Under the pieces are notes generated by a model. It had not been told where the DNA came from. It made no database searches and saw nothing but the letters and a program-made list of their open reading frames with translations. A DNA stretch of 63,878 nucleotides, the filler included, from Choristocarpus tenellus KU-1152 (Eukaryota; Protista; Phaeophyceae): assembly GCA_964200185.2 (NCBI GenBank). It is 13 parts of 13 records of this genome, joined end to end, with 100 filler letters (N's around TTAATTAATTAA, not from the genome) between each part and the next. Parts side by side here need not be neighbours in the genome. Positions count along the whole stretch, not along the records: positions 4,019 to 15,267 come from CAXNAD020002426.1; positions 15,368 to 18,493 come from CAXNAD020022137.1; positions 18,594 to 21,284 come from CAXNAD020025614.1; positions 21,385 to 28,123 come from CAXNAD020007461.1; 9 more parts are not named here. One strand, 5' to 3'. Positions 13,081 through 25,591 of this stretch are shown piece after piece. Made by a program: the position numbers and the translations under genes. Positions within the stretch are counted from its first letter, which is position 1. Every line of letters starts with the position of its first letter.

Positions 13081-13337
13081 GATTTGTTTCTGCTACAGCT
13101 TAACGGCCCCTACATATGGGACACAAGGAGTACAAAGAAATACAGACAAAAATGTCTCAAAATTAAGATTTAGTAGGGTACTGGAATAGAAAGATTCTCC
13201 GCCTTCAGAACCATAAACATACATTCATACAGACACAAAATCACAACTACACTGAAATAGGGAACTGCCATAGAAAGAGACTCTCCTCCTTCACAACTAT
13301 GAACACAAACAAATAGAAGACACAAAAATGTCTCACA

Positions 13338-13594
13338 CAGTCAAAGCATATAAAGGGTTTACCTGTGTCCGTTCGGGATCATAAATCCAATGTTGCAATT
13401 TTGATTATGTTTGGCTGTCGTGTATTTTAAGCAAGTATCAACATATCCTTACTTCTTACATACCTTTCATAGTCGTATACATTTTAAAAAACTATGTTCA
13501 CACAGAAAACCGAAAAGGGCATGAAATCCGTTGAAAGTCAACGTGGGGACGGACAAACAGGGTAGAATTCCTACCCTCTTAAATTCTATGGGTC
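13338..13594. mobile_element. MITE family B, old diverged copy
   Basis: CAGTCAAAGCATAT ... CTACCCTCTTAAATTCTATGGGTC with B interior; ACA on both flanks. Confidence 0.75.
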
Positions 13595-13969
13595 ACAGTC
13601 ACAGAGAAATTGGGTACTGTCGTACAAAGACTCCCCCCTTGTGGTAATCTAATCCAAATCCAATAACGCTTTGTGGCCCACTTATCAATATGTAACAATC
13701 TCCCCCCCCTATTGCCATCTTCAGTGTGCTTTTGTCCGCTGCTTCAAAAACTGGAAATAGCTGACTCGTCCTACCCTTCTTTTGTCTCTCCCTCAAGATA
13801 CTCAAACCGAGTATGCAGTTACCATCCTTTCTCTTTGTGCCACACATTCTTAGCAGGGGTACTTGTGGGTCTCAGACAAAGCACACCTTGTAGCGACGTG
13901 CGGCTGAGTTGTGACTGAGCGAAAATCTGGTTACTTATGTACCTTAAATCGGTGACTGCAACACAGAAC

Positions 13970-14062
13970 ATCCGATGCATGCACCCAAATCACCCAAATA
14001 TCGCAACATGGAAAAATTGACCCCAAGTGGACAGCCGACAACCCCCCCAGGTACTTTGAGCC
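13970..14062. mobile_element. MITE family A, partial copy
   Basis: Ends CCCCCCAGGTACTTTGAGCC with family A interior. Confidence 0.8.
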
Positions 14063-14500
14063 CTTCCCCTCTTTAGAGGGAGGCCCTGAGGTTGTAGTCT
14101 GGGGCAGAGGGCATTGGTGTCATCCAGTAGGCACAGTGAGGCGGTCTGTACTCTTACCTAATCTCAAGGTCGTAAAGATAAATCCTGAAGCCGTAACCAC
14201 AAGTGCTGGTCATTGGTACGACCCAGTGCAGACATTAAGGCGACCTGCACTCTCTTACACGAGCTCAAGATTGTAGGAAGAGAGCCTAAAGCCTTGATCT
14301 GGATTGCAGGCCATGGATGTGAACATGGGTGAATGCCCTCACTTATGATCACAAGGTCCGTTCCTTGCTGAGGGTGAGCAACAGATGGGACGGTGCCGAC
14401 CCTTTCCCCCCCAATTCGAGAGAAATGGAGATGGAGGCCCCAACGAGTTAACAACAGTCCCATGTGGTAAGCTGAGCATTCTCTCTGGTTTTAAAAGACA

Positions 14501-14834
14501 AGGTAGGACCTCCACGTCACAAAACGTTCCGCAAGCTTACCATGATGGGAGATGTAGCTCTAATCCACAGTCCTGTAGGGTTCAGATGAGGCTTGTAGAG
14601 GGCGCCATAAAGGAAACATCGTCAAATATGCTGGATATCTCTCAGTTCGATTATTCAGTTATTGGTTTCATTGGGATATACACAGGACTGAATGAACATT
14701 TCCGACCTCTATGCGATAACATAATGACTACTTCAAAGAAAAGAGTAAACAAATAGTCGAGAAGGAAAAATATATACCCCTTCAAAGTAGTGATGGTGGT
14801 CTCATTAACGCCATGAAGACACATCACCTGTGAC
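14501..14834 (+). repeat. Dispersed repeat, copy 2
   Basis: Homologous to 11620-11958. Confidence 0.8.
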
Positions 14835-15197
14835 AGATCTACTTGTCTGGAGCCCAGAACTAAAACCTTCGATGGGATTGCAGAGAAGAAATAGTATGAA
14901 GGTATTTGGAGTCAGGTGGAGTTGGAAGTTCTGGGTTAGTGTCAAGGAGGAGATCAGAGGGTAGGAGGTAAAGAGTAATCAACCAGTGTTAGAACGAAGC
15001 CCAGATCCAAGTACGGTCCATCTAGAGCCCAGGTAACCCTCCCATAAGAGACATAAGGGGTTTGTAAGAGCTGCCCTTGCAACACTTGTGGAGAGTTCGG
15101 TTTGTGGTGGTGAGATATTGGATGGAACACACAGAGGAAGCAGCATGTGTGTATGTTGATGCCTTTAAGGTTACAGGAGGGCTCCCAAATAATTGAT

Positions 15198-15267
15198 GGC
15201 TCAAAGTATCTGGGAGGGGGTAGCGGCTGTCCAATTGGGGTACATTTTTTATTTCACGATTCTTGGG
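15198..15267. mobile_element. MITE family A truncated by gap
   Basis: GGCTCAAAGTATCTGGGAGGGGG start. Confidence 0.85.
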
Positions 15268-15367
15268 NNNNNNNNNNNNNNNNNNNNNNNNNNNNNNNNN
15301 NNNNNNNNNNNTTAATTAATTAANNNNNNNNNNNNNNNNNNNNNNNNNNNNNNNNNNNNNNNNNNNN
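15268..15367. other. Artificial contig linker
   Basis: N44-TTAATTAATTAA-N44. Confidence 0.98.
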
Positions 15368-15368
15368 G

Positions 15369-18039
15369 GCTGATACATATGGGCAGTTCATGCCTCACAA
15401 GTCCACAATTGTGATCTACGCCGCGAACAAAGAGGTAGGTTTTGCCCTTGGTTGTGGAGAGGTTGGCCGCACCTTGTGTTGGAGTTAGTTCCAAACCGTG
15501 TGACCCAGCAGTACGTACAAGAAGTGAATCGAAGTAGTATTTCGAGTGGTGGATGTTTATTACTTTAACCGGTCTGATGTTATGGTTAAAAGAACATGTG
15601 AAGATTCGTACCAAGGGCTACTCTGCGGCCCCAGGCCCGGTCTGACATTGGTAGCAAAAAAGTGTACTTCGTATGTCTAAAGCGCTTCACGATGATGATG
15701 ATATGGTGGTAGATTCGCCTCCTTTGCCGCTTCTGCAAACGGCGGCGAGGCCCGAACAGAATGACGCTCATGGCAGACTTACGAAGATCATTGTATTTTC
15801 TCTTTCGTAACGCACGATGTAAGCTTGCTTGATCCTGTCTTCCGCGTCCCCAGTCAAGTTATTGGTCAGCCCGCCTTCAAGAGATCTTGCAGGGGTGTTC
15901 TTCGAGTGTTCCTTCTCAATAACTCCTCACTTGCCCACACAACTAACATTTTTAATTAGGAGCTATACAAGGATTTTTGCAAAGAGGCAACACGGGTTTA
16001 TCCTGACGACCCTTCCAAGCGGGTAAGCAGGGCGCACTTCCTCCGATTGCTCAGAGAGGACAGGCCCAACATAAGGGTGAGGGTAGGAGGCGATTTTATG
16101 AAATGTGACATACGTGTCACGTTAAAAGAGAAGCGGCATGGTGCGCCTGGTGTAAAACCCACGAACGACTCCACCGTCCTCGAGTCCATCGATAAGGAGC
16201 CTTCAAACCATCGAGAGGTAGGTGTCCAGCGTTAATTTTGCAACAAGGGTACAGCGGCAACATGTCACCGTCATTGCCCACCATTGGGAAGAACATCTGT
16301 TGCCTTTTGCGAATGAAGACTCCCACGCAGGTGCTTATGGCAGCAGCAGCAGCCTCACTCACCGCAATAATGTTGTTATTAGCTGCCCAAACACCTTGTA
16401 TGATAGACTGCTTCCCGGTCGTCTACAACGGGCTGTGGGAGGGACAGGTCATGTAGCGGTCTTCCGGCCCTGTACGTACGTACTTCCTACCATCCCGATA
16501 ATACTGTGTTTGTATTGAACGCAGCAATACAAAACATATCCAAAGACAAACATTTATTGTTACGTACACTCCATTTTTGTTACTAACCTGATACGTGTTA
16601 ACAAGTGGTCATTTTTTACAACTCCGAGCAGATCTATTTGATTTACAGACTTGATGTTGCTCTCCCCCATTCGCCAGATTATCCAAGTGGATCGGCTGGT
16701 CATCGCCAACAGCACCAGCAGCGCCATGCGGGCCAAAGCCGACGGCAAACCTCTCGGCTTCGTGTTCATGTCCGTAGACGCCGTGAACCAGACAGCACAC
16801 GCCCTCCCAGCACTTTACCCACCTACCCACGGCAGTGACAGGTCACCACACGCACGCATAGTCCATCTGACAACAAGCCCGCAGCCGCAATCGGAACAGA
16901 ATAGACGACCATGTTTTATTCTACGAATGAGTGCAAAGTCCCAAGAAATAATCGCCAAAACAGACGCACATAATTCCACTACCTATCCCATTCATCATGA
17001 TGACGACGCACCGTAGAACCTTTCTTTACACGTTTCTTTGGCTCATGTCCTTCTTTTCAGGGGCTAATCCGAGCACCAGAAGATCATGGCCGCACACGTT
17101 GAAGGCCAGTTCGCGGAGGTGTTCTTCACTTCTATCAATCTTGGAGGAGGTACGTACTGTGGGTCGTGGCAAACAATCACATGACTGAATAGATGATTGT
17201 TGCACATGCACCACTTGATTTACCGCCGTGGCGAGTGGACCTGCAGTAGATTAGATACCCAAGGACGAGTACATCCTTACATGATGTGCCTACAGATACC
17301 GCAGGCCTAGTGAACAGTCACTACGCCTCAGCCTAGGGTTAGGGCGAGATGAGCGTAAGACTAATCAACGAGGAGGAAAACCCACAGACTTGTATATCAA
17401 CCATTCGGGTGTATGTGCTCTACATTGCAAAAAATAATTATGTTACCCCTCTTTTTAGCTCCAATTAAACAATGCGTAAGTAAGCATGGTACTATTTGCC
17501 AACTAACGACAGACATCATCGTTTGCGCAGGTTGTAACCTTGTCTGCACAGTCACCCACCTTGCCCTCACAAGGCTTATCGACAAGTACTACAACAGCCT
17601 CGATCATGCGGGAGTTGCATCATCCAGCACACGCATTGGCAGGTAAGAAAGTTTCATCTTGACACGACCTACTCAATACATACTCGCTGAATACCGGTCA
17701 CCAAGTAACTAACTGCACGGTCTTTAGTTCTGGTTTGTGCGTTGCAACCTGCATGTATGATGGCGGTGATGTAGAGCTTGTGCACTAGCAGTACTGGAAA
17801 CAAACCCTGTTCCTCCACGAAACGCGGCGAAATGGGCTGACATATCGGCCTCACGCCTATCCCTTCCTTGCTCCCAACTCCCCAAACTGACCAGGTCGAC
17901 AACTGCGTCTCAGAGAACAAGAACAATTTCTTTCTCAGATATGCGGGGCTATTGGTCGCGGCGAGTGTCATTCGTGTGGTCGAGATAAATTTTATGTTGG
18001 TGGGGCACACGCACATCAAAATGATCTGATCTTCTCCAG
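15369..18039 (+). pseudogene. Intron-rich Sola-type (DUF7869-like) DDD transposase, decayed
   Basis: Phase-consistent exons 15369-15434, 15960-16217, 16678-16841, 17061-17149, 17531-17642, a probable damaged exon near 17755-17790, and 17895-18039. They splice to GQFMPHKS..NKE|ELYKDFC..VSRAHFLRLLREDRPNIRVRVGGDFMKCDI..NHRE|..FMSVDAVNQTAHALP..|..GGG|CNLVCTVTHLAL..|VDNCVSENKNNFFLRYAGLLV..INFMLVGHTHIKxDLIFS. There is a TAA stop in exon 4 and a 1-nt deletion near 18021. Confidence 0.85.
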
Positions 18040-18303
18040 TTAATTAGGCAAGATATGCAAGTCCGATAGCCACATAGTGTTTTGTTACGTTCAGATACTG
18101 CCTTGAGGCTTGCAGCTCACGCTTGTTGCATTCATGGAAGGTTTATGGTCATACACTATAATTGATTATTTGGCTTTTGATTTCCCCCCAACAAAATTGA
18201 ACGATAAGAGCAGCTGCCAAAACTGTTTCGTAACCTGCTCTCGAAACAAAACAATAAAAAAATGTACGCATCACCCCTTTTTATATCTATGCTTCCATAT
18301 ACA

Positions 18304-18483
18304 GACCCAAAGTATCTGGGGGGGTGGGGGCGTCTACACGAGGGTGTCCATTTGGACCAAAATCGGGAAAAGTGCATTTGCATTATCCATCTGACATATG
18401 GCAGCCAAATCACACAAAGATCGCGATATAAAAAATTTGACCCGCAATGGACAGCCGCCACCCCCTCCTAGATACTTTGAGCC
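18304..18483. mobile_element. MITE family A, complete copy (180 bp)
   Basis: GACCCAAAGTATCTGG ... CTAGATACTTTGAGCC; 3-bp TSD ACA. Confidence 0.92.
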
Positions 18484-18493
18484 ACATGCATCG

Positions 18494-18593
18494 NNNNNNN
18501 NNNNNNNNNNNNNNNNNNNNNNNNNNNNNNNNNNNNNTTAATTAATTAANNNNNNNNNNNNNNNNNNNNNNNNNNNNNNNNNNNNNNNNNNNN
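18494..18593. other. Artificial contig linker
   Basis: N44-TTAATTAATTAA-N44. Confidence 0.98.
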
Positions 18594-18635
18594 CCCTAGT
18601 GTAGACCCCCCCCCCCCTCCCAGATACTTTGGGTC
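18594..18635. mobile_element. MITE family A, terminal fragment at contig start
   Basis: GTGTAGACCCCC...CCCAGATACTTTGGGTC. Confidence 0.85.
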
Positions 18636-19146
18636 CGGTAGGGTCACTGAACAGGTTGAATGAAAGTCAAAATTGAGGTGATAATCGACTAGGGAGGGTT
18701 GGACTGTTTAGCTTGAGCCCTAAGCCATCAAAGAGTAATACGTACCTTGCTGATCCCACACACATTATGTCACTACAAACTTCTCACGACCCAGACAACT
18801 CACTGGCAGCTCTGACTTGTCCAGATGAATACATGTACGCCACACGTCTCAGTAGTTATGTCAGTGTAACACATCCAGACTAGTCACGAACAGATCATGC
18901 AAGGCGTTGATGTTGATCAAGCATGAACAATGTTTAAGCAACGGATTGATCTCTGACTAGGGGTGGGACTGTGGACTCCAGAACACAGGTATGGTACGGA
19001 TATCTGGTTAAGGTGATATTCAAGAGCCTTCCAAGGCAAGAGAAGTCTAAGAACTTACATTTCTAGAACGAAAAGGGGGGGGAAGGAGGGACATTGGGTA
19101 CTGCTAATCAGACCAGCCCAAACCTTTCCAAGCGCTTAGTACTATA

Positions 19147-20414
19147 CTACCTCTGTGCCATAAGTTTGTGCAGAGAAACATCTGGGTTCACCGAGCGAGA
19201 ATGGTGCCGAATCGGATGATAATCCCACAGAATGAAATCGGGTTGATAATCTCAAATTTCAGAAAAGGTGCGGGTCAAGGATCATTAGCTACAAGCTCGA
19301 GGTGCTTCAAGTAGTCAAAGTAGGGGTCTTTGGGGGTGATTTTGAGGCCAGAACTGGGCACGTCAAGGGTGAGAATGTCGACATGGCAACCCCCCCATTG
19401 ACCCCCCCGAATAGGAAGGGTGACCAAGTGTCCCTGAATACCAGGGTTAAGCTTGCAGTGTGGCAAGCCCTCGCGATGGTCCCTGGTGAGCATAAATTGC
19501 CGCGACACGTTGGGCTGGCCCTTGCAGTGGAGTTTGGAGTATCCGAGTGTTACATGTGAGGGCTCTGGGAGGACGTCGCTGATCAGCTCGCCCGTGGCCA
19601 CACGCTTGACCTAGGGGTGGCGGCACGTAGTGGGCAGCCTTTGGAGCTCACACCAACCAAGATGGCCGCAATACATAGTATCAACTCCGATAATCGGTCA
19701 TCCGCAGTGCATCAGGAGACAATGGAGATGGCTGTCAAGGGGCTGAATTATATCACAAGCACCGTATACAGGTGGTTGAATGATATGGGGGCAATGCCGA
19801 ATCACTGCTGGATCGAACCCAAGCTTAAATCATGGCAAAGGTATGGAGAATGGACTTTGTTTGCGATCAAGTGGGTTGGAAACGTGGTGTGTACACCTCC
19901 ATGGCAAACACAATCCATGTGGATGAAACCTGGTGTTACGTGATGCCTGATGGGGAAGGGTTTAGGGTATTTCCACTCGAGGATTATAGCGACCTTCCAG
20001 GGTCCCCTACTGTGCAGCACAAGAGTCATATCCCCAAAACCATGATCATTGCAGCCAACGCCCGCCCAGACTCGGCTCACAGCTTTTATGGAAAGCTTGG
20101 TGTTTGGCGTGTGCGTGCGCCAAAAACGGCAGACAGGACAAGCAACAACCACAAAAAGGGGGATGTGTATGAGCAAAACTGTACTTTAGACCATTTGTGG
20201 TACAGGAAGTGGTACACGGAGGAGTTACTGCCTGCAATCAAGATCAAGATGCCTTGGTTGCAGGGAAAGCACATTGTTGTTCAGCAAGACGGTACCACCC
20301 CTCACACGGGTAAGGACAACTCAGAAATCTTGTCAGGGGCAGGGAAGACTGAGGGGTGGTCGATTAGGCCTGTGACGCAGCATCTCCCTCGACCTCAATA
20401 TCATGGACCTGTGC
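19147..20414 (+). mobile_element. Second plant-type mariner copy, 3' truncated
   Basis: TA plus TIR CTACCTCTGTGCCATAAGTTTGTG; ORF 19832-20470 has IHVDETW, KSHIPKTMIIAANARP, GKLGVW, QQDGTTPH; 21226-21284 matches the 3' region of copy 1. Confidence 0.92.
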
Positions 20415-20719
20415 TGGAGACACCCGGGAGATGGGCAAGAAGGGGCCTGCCTGTCAGATTCTTGGGATGATTCCCTAGCTCCTCACCCGCTTGTGTACGG
20501 CTAAGCTAGTTTGGAAGCATAGCAACAATATACACATGTAACATTGTAATTACCAACTTTTAAAGGAGTGTAGTACAGGTGGAATTTAAATTGTAAATAG
20601 ATAGTGGAGAGGTATCTTTCACAATACGACAAAATGTTATTTTTCCAAGGGTCCTTGTAATATTGGTTGTGACTTTTTCCTTGACAAATCTGAAAATAAT
20701 CATAGGGCATAATAATTTT

Positions 20720-20864
20720 GCCTTAAAGTATCTGGGGGGGGTGTCGGCTGTCCATTTCGGGCCCATTTTTCCATGTGGCAATTTTTGGGTGATTTGGTTG
20801 CATATTATGTCGGATTGACAATGCAAGTGCACTTTTCCTGGTTATGGCCCAAATGGACACCCTA
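20720..20864. mobile_element. MITE family A, truncated at family D element
   Basis: AAAGTATCTGGGGGGG start and A interior up to AAATGGACACCCT. Confidence 0.85.
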
Positions 20865-21019
20865 AACAGCCGATTTCAAAATTTGAGGATGGAGCTTTTC
20901 ATTGAGGATGGGCTTGACCCAAAATTGACTGGGATAAAAGTGTCGATATGTATTTTTTTTTAAATGACGTGGCCATCCTCAATGAAAAGCTCCATCCTCA
21001 ATTTTTGAAATCAGCTGTT
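20865..21019. mobile_element. MITE family D (155 bp, ~47-bp TIRs)
   Basis: AACAGCCGATTTCAAAATTTGAGGATGGAGCTTTTCATTGAGGATGG and its near-perfect reverse complement; second copy at 62239. Confidence 0.88.
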
Positions 21020-21284
21020 AAATCTATGTACTATTTGTATATTATTGTGAGAGCCATCTTTTTAGGTTACCATCAATTTGCATGTTATTACTCCTCAACA
21101 TTGAGTTGTATTCAGCACATGATTTTGGGTATAGGATTTCTGGGTAGAGCGCTTTTATCATCTTCACTAGCCTTCAACGTTAACCTACAAATATATTTAC
21201 ATATTTATATATATAGTAGTGTGGAAAGCATGTTTGTCTGTTATTATACCGTATTGCTCGTATGTCATATACCGTTATACCGTG

Positions 21285-21384
21285 NNNNNNNNNNNNNNNN
21301 NNNNNNNNNNNNNNNNNNNNNNNNNNNNTTAATTAATTAANNNNNNNNNNNNNNNNNNNNNNNNNNNNNNNNNNNNNNNNNNNN
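21285..21384. other. Artificial contig linker
   Basis: N44-TTAATTAATTAA-N44. Confidence 0.98.
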
Positions 21385-21976
21385 GTGACTTGTAATGGTC
21401 GGGGCGGTGGGGGTTAGCCCAGGTTGTCCATTTGAGGCTTGATTGGGGTGTTGTAAGATACCCCAGTTTGATGCCCACTTTGCGAGTGAATTTCCTTCAG
21501 ATTTGGTTCAGGGCAGGGGGATCGAAAAGGAAGGTGCATTCAGATGAAGGAAGTTGCCCTTACATCTGACAAATTCGCTCAGATTGACATTAAAAACCGG
21601 TTACAGGTTCACACTGGCCCCGAATCGATGCCTGATCCCACCTCTAGAATATTATGGGCCAGTACTCACACTGTGCACTCATGACTACTGGCATCTTGTA
21701 TTGTCACGATAATATTGTATATACTAACATACTTTAACTTTTATCACTACGGACCCCCCCACTTGGTCAGTTGTGTTGCTACTCCTTGAACACCAGCTGA
21801 TAAACGTAGGTTGAATCAGTTGTTGAGGTTTATCATTTACAAGAGCAAGTGGATGGAGGTATAAGTTACTGTAGTACTTAGTATATTCTGAGTATGCTCT
21901 GTTCTCCTGGTTCCGTAGTTGTCTTGACCTTTTGGCAGACTGACTTCATATCTTTTTTCTTTTTAATTAACGGTAT

Positions 21977-22216
21977 GAGTCAAAGTATCTTAGAGGGTAT
22001 GAGTTTTGCCCTGTTTGTCCATTTGGGACTTGACTTCCCATGGGCTTTTTAATGACATAAACAAAAACAAAAATGTTTAGGAGTAGGTAAAATGTGTCCG
22101 AAACATGGATATTGACACTTCCTAACAAACATGATAGCCAAAATTAGATCAAAATCGCAACATTGGAATTTGACCCCCATATGGGCGCGGCTCTACCCTC
22201 TAAGATACTTTGGCTT
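21977..22216. mobile_element. MITE family B, complete copy
   Basis: GAGTCAAAGTATCTTAGAGGGTA ... TACCCTCTAAGATACTTTGGCTT; 4-bp TSD GTAT. Confidence 0.93.
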
Positions 22217-22271
22217 GTATCAAGGTGGCCTTTACACATAATGCTTGTCTACTACAACAATAGTAGTACTG

Positions 22272-22530
22272 AATCTGAGAGGTAGGCGGGTTTGGACCCT
22301 TCTGCATTCCAAGTCATTTTTCTTACACTGCGCAATACACCCTATTTCATGGCTTTATGTCGCAATAGTGTGAGCAAAAATTGATATCCCCCCTTTCCAC
22401 ACATAAAGCGACACCACAATTCAGCAATGGCTCATTCTGTGATTGTACCAAAAAAGAGGAGGTCTTTTCACCATTATTTCTCGGGATCCTTAAAATATAA
22501 CCTTGCTTACCTCTCAATTATTTTGGGCTC
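22272..22530. mobile_element. MITE family C, left end degenerate
   Basis: Interior matches 35091-35352; ends ACCTCTCAATTATTTTGGGCTC. Confidence 0.8.
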
Positions 22531-23661
22531 ACTAGTCCAAGGTGATAAACTGAACTAAACTTGGTATTGAGTGAAGCTTACTACTGAGGAGTGCATCTTC
22601 AGGTGTTTCTTCTGCTGCTTATTTCACTTTAGTTCTGCACGAGTCATACTTCTCTTCTTTGCGTGCTGTGAAAACTAGTATTGTAACTTCTTTCAATCGC
22701 CCTGTGCTCAATACAACATCACTCCTGAGCCAACACGTAATCATCCAACTTGTGTCACTTCACCAGGTCCCTATCCTAACCAACCCATACCAAGTATTGG
22801 GTGTTGTTTGATTTGATCATGTCATGAGTGAGTGTGGTGACCTCGTTGAGATTTTCTATTCATTTGTGGCCTACACTAACTGCTGACGCCTGAAATAGTC
22901 TGTGGGTGAAATAGGTTGCCAGTAACGGAAACTGTGCAGTGATTAACCTGGGTGCGCATTTCAAGCTAGCTTGTGTTGTCAATAGTAGTTTAATCGAGCA
23001 GATTTACGCATTCCTTAAACACAGCACTCCAATGACAGATAGATGTGTAACCATGCCAGGGTTTGAAACCACGGGAATAGCTTTTGTTGGAACAAAAGTA
23101 AAACCTGGAGGTTGACTATCTGCTCGGTACCTCAGGGGTTTACTGATGTTTCAACACTCTCCTTATGTATATTCTGAGCCAACACTGGATATCCCCTCTA
23201 TATTAATATTGCCTTCAAAATTTTGTCGAACACCCTTGCTACCCAATGGAGCATCTAGCCTTACACATAAAGTTCTGCTGATAGTATGTGGGATTGCCGA
23301 GGGAAATGTTCACCAACCAACAACGGTACAGTATGAGGCGAGGTTTGTGCTATTTTGCTGCTCAAGTGGTCAAGTATTATGATGAACTGTCACAAACGTC
23401 TGTTTCTGCTTGTCTTCTAGGTGCCGTGTGTAACCTGTGCATACACAGGTGATTTCCTTATTTTCTGTGTTGCATGTGGTGGTTATTGCAGGATAAATAG
23501 CCTCACTACTACTTGCTGGGTTTGTCCCTCAAGCGTGGATTCTTCAATCATAACTCATTCTTGATTTCAGAACTAACCACTCTTAAATTTCTGCCGATGA
23601 CCTTGGTGATTGCTTAAAAACACACCCCATATGATTAAACTCCGCTACCCCATGGTACTGA

Positions 23662-23850
23662 TGCGAAATACGCTCTATTTCATTGCTTTATGTGCACAAT
23701 AATGTACTCAAAATTGATACCGCTTTCCCCACAAAAAAGTGACACCACAATGAACCAAATGCTCTTTCTGTAATTGTACATAATTATGTCTTTTTGCCAT
23801 ATCTCGGGATCCTTAATATTCAACCCTGCCTACCTTTCAAGGTTTGGGTC
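23662..23850. mobile_element. MITE family C, partial copy
   Basis: C interior ending GCCTACCTTTCAAGGTTTGGGTC. Confidence 0.75.
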
Positions 23851-24731
23851 AATTCCAACTTATACCTCACCCTCCCCCCTACCTACACATTATTGTTTTA
23901 ATTGCTTCCATAGCAAGGCTAAGGAAGGATCAAACCAGTAATACTTGTTACGATTTGACTTATTATGTGGTGTAAATTTGTATGAATTTAGTCAATAGAT
24001 GTAACTATGAGTTTTGGAACCTAATTTTCTTGGTATACTCCAAAAAACTATGGTTTTAAAAGATGTGCACGACTCTCATTCTCCCCAAAAAATTCGCGGA
24101 TGCATGTTTTTTGAGGCATTATTTGTAAGAACGTTGATGGTGTGAAAAAATGACCTAAATCTACGTAGAGATGAAGTCGTATTGTATAGACAGGTGTCAA
24201 TATGTTGAAACGAGTTGTGTTTTGCGTGTGTGATTGGATCACCGCGCAAGGGTTGCGCTTGACAGATTTGTTGGGATTGACATGTTCAACCGGGTCTATT
24301 CTTCACAATGAACTCTATGGCGACGAGCCCCCCCCCCCCATTCTGATTAATCTCGTGGGAGGATACCATTTTAGCTTTTGTACAGATCGTACCAGTCGTG
24401 GGTGGGGTATTTGATAAATTTATTGACCCTTTCTGTTGTATGGATGGAGCTTGTTTTGTCAATCTTGTAACGCTCGTATCGGCGCGCGCAACGGGACCGC
24501 ACGACATGATGTGAGCGGTTTTTGTTACTTGATCTGGCACACCATGGACTTGAGAAACCTGTACTTTTGGCCCCGCTACAAGGACTCACACGGCCGGAGG
24601 GAGTAGTAGTAGCAAAGATTAAATAAACCCAACTGAATTTTGCTTCCGTCATCTATTTTGAGTTTGTTTCTGCAGAAACAAGGTCGTGTAAAGTGAGTGA
24701 GGAAAGGGTGGGGGGTTTGGGGCACTAGGTC

Positions 24732-25033
24732 ATGGCCCGGGACTCGAGGAAGCGAAGGTCCCGGTCCCGATCCAGGGATAGGGATAGGGACCGAGATAGG
24801 GGTCGCCATCGTGGTAGCGAACGCGACAGAGGTCGTGATCGTGACAGAGATCGAGATAGGGATCGGGACCGAGACAAGGGGAGCAGCCACAGGAAGCGGC
24901 ACCGTAGCAGGAGTCGATCGAGATCCGGTGACCGAAAGAGGGATCGCCGGGACAGGGATCGATCTAGGGAAAGGGATAGGGCAAGGGAGAAGGATAGAGA
25001 CAAGGGAAGGCGCAAGGATGAAAAACGATCTGG
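24732..25033 (+). CDS. Exon 1 of RS/RD-rich nuclear protein (probable splicing factor)
   Basis: ATG then MARDSRKRRSRSRSRDRDRDR...; donor GG|GTGAGC at 25034, phase 2, matching the next exon. Confidence 0.85.
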
Positions 25034-25362
25034 GTGAGCAGGAACAAAGTTCACCGTGTTTCATTTGAAACAAGGTGTCCAAGTCAAACGCAAGGGCTAG
25101 CTCCACAAATGTAGTTACTTTAGTGTGCGGAAAACATGACTGCGTGATAGGGCCCCTTTCTCCACCTCTTTGCTGCATTCGCTTTCCCCTCTCTCACCTC
25201 TCTTTTTCCCCCTTGTTCGGTATCTCTGCCCCCTTTCGCTTCCAATCGAGTGTACTTTCTCAGAAGAGCTCTCATGCAAGACAACTGTTCCCCCTTTCCA
25301 ATCAGCTCTTCACTCTAATGCGGTGATATTTCTCCCCTTTTTTTCTATTTGCGGACCTACAG

Positions 25363-25591
25363 CGGTGACCATTCACCCAGCAGGGAGGAAAAAAATGTGG
25401 CGAACGAGAACGACAAGGAGAAGGGAGGGGGCAAGCCAACCGTGTTTGGCGTAGGACTGCGCTCGAAGCTGGCTGCAATCACTGCACGAGTATCGGGAGG
25501 TGATCCCGTGAAGGCAGCTGCAGAAGCTGCTGCTGCAGAAGCGGCTGAGGCAGCGGCAGCAGTACTTTCGGCTACACAGCCTCCAACGCAG
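25363..25591 (+). CDS. Exon 2 of RS/RD-rich protein
   Basis: Pyrimidine tract and CTACAG acceptor; GDHSPSREEK...AAAEAAAA...PPTQ; donor CAG|GTGTGC. Confidence 0.8.

Noticed and set aside
15998-18019. Minus-strand ORFs in this contig
   Set aside because: Antisense shadows of the plus-strand Sola-type transposase exons and introns.
23050-23075. tRNA/SINE B-box-like motifs here and elsewhere
   Set aside because: No cloverleaf or paired A box; no tRNA or rRNA gene can be supported.
24594-24605. CGGAGGGAGTA Stowaway-like end
   Set aside because: 11-bp match with no opposite TIR.
24576-25178. 200-aa minus ORF and other overlapping ORFs
   Set aside because: Shadow frames of the repetitive RD/RS exon.
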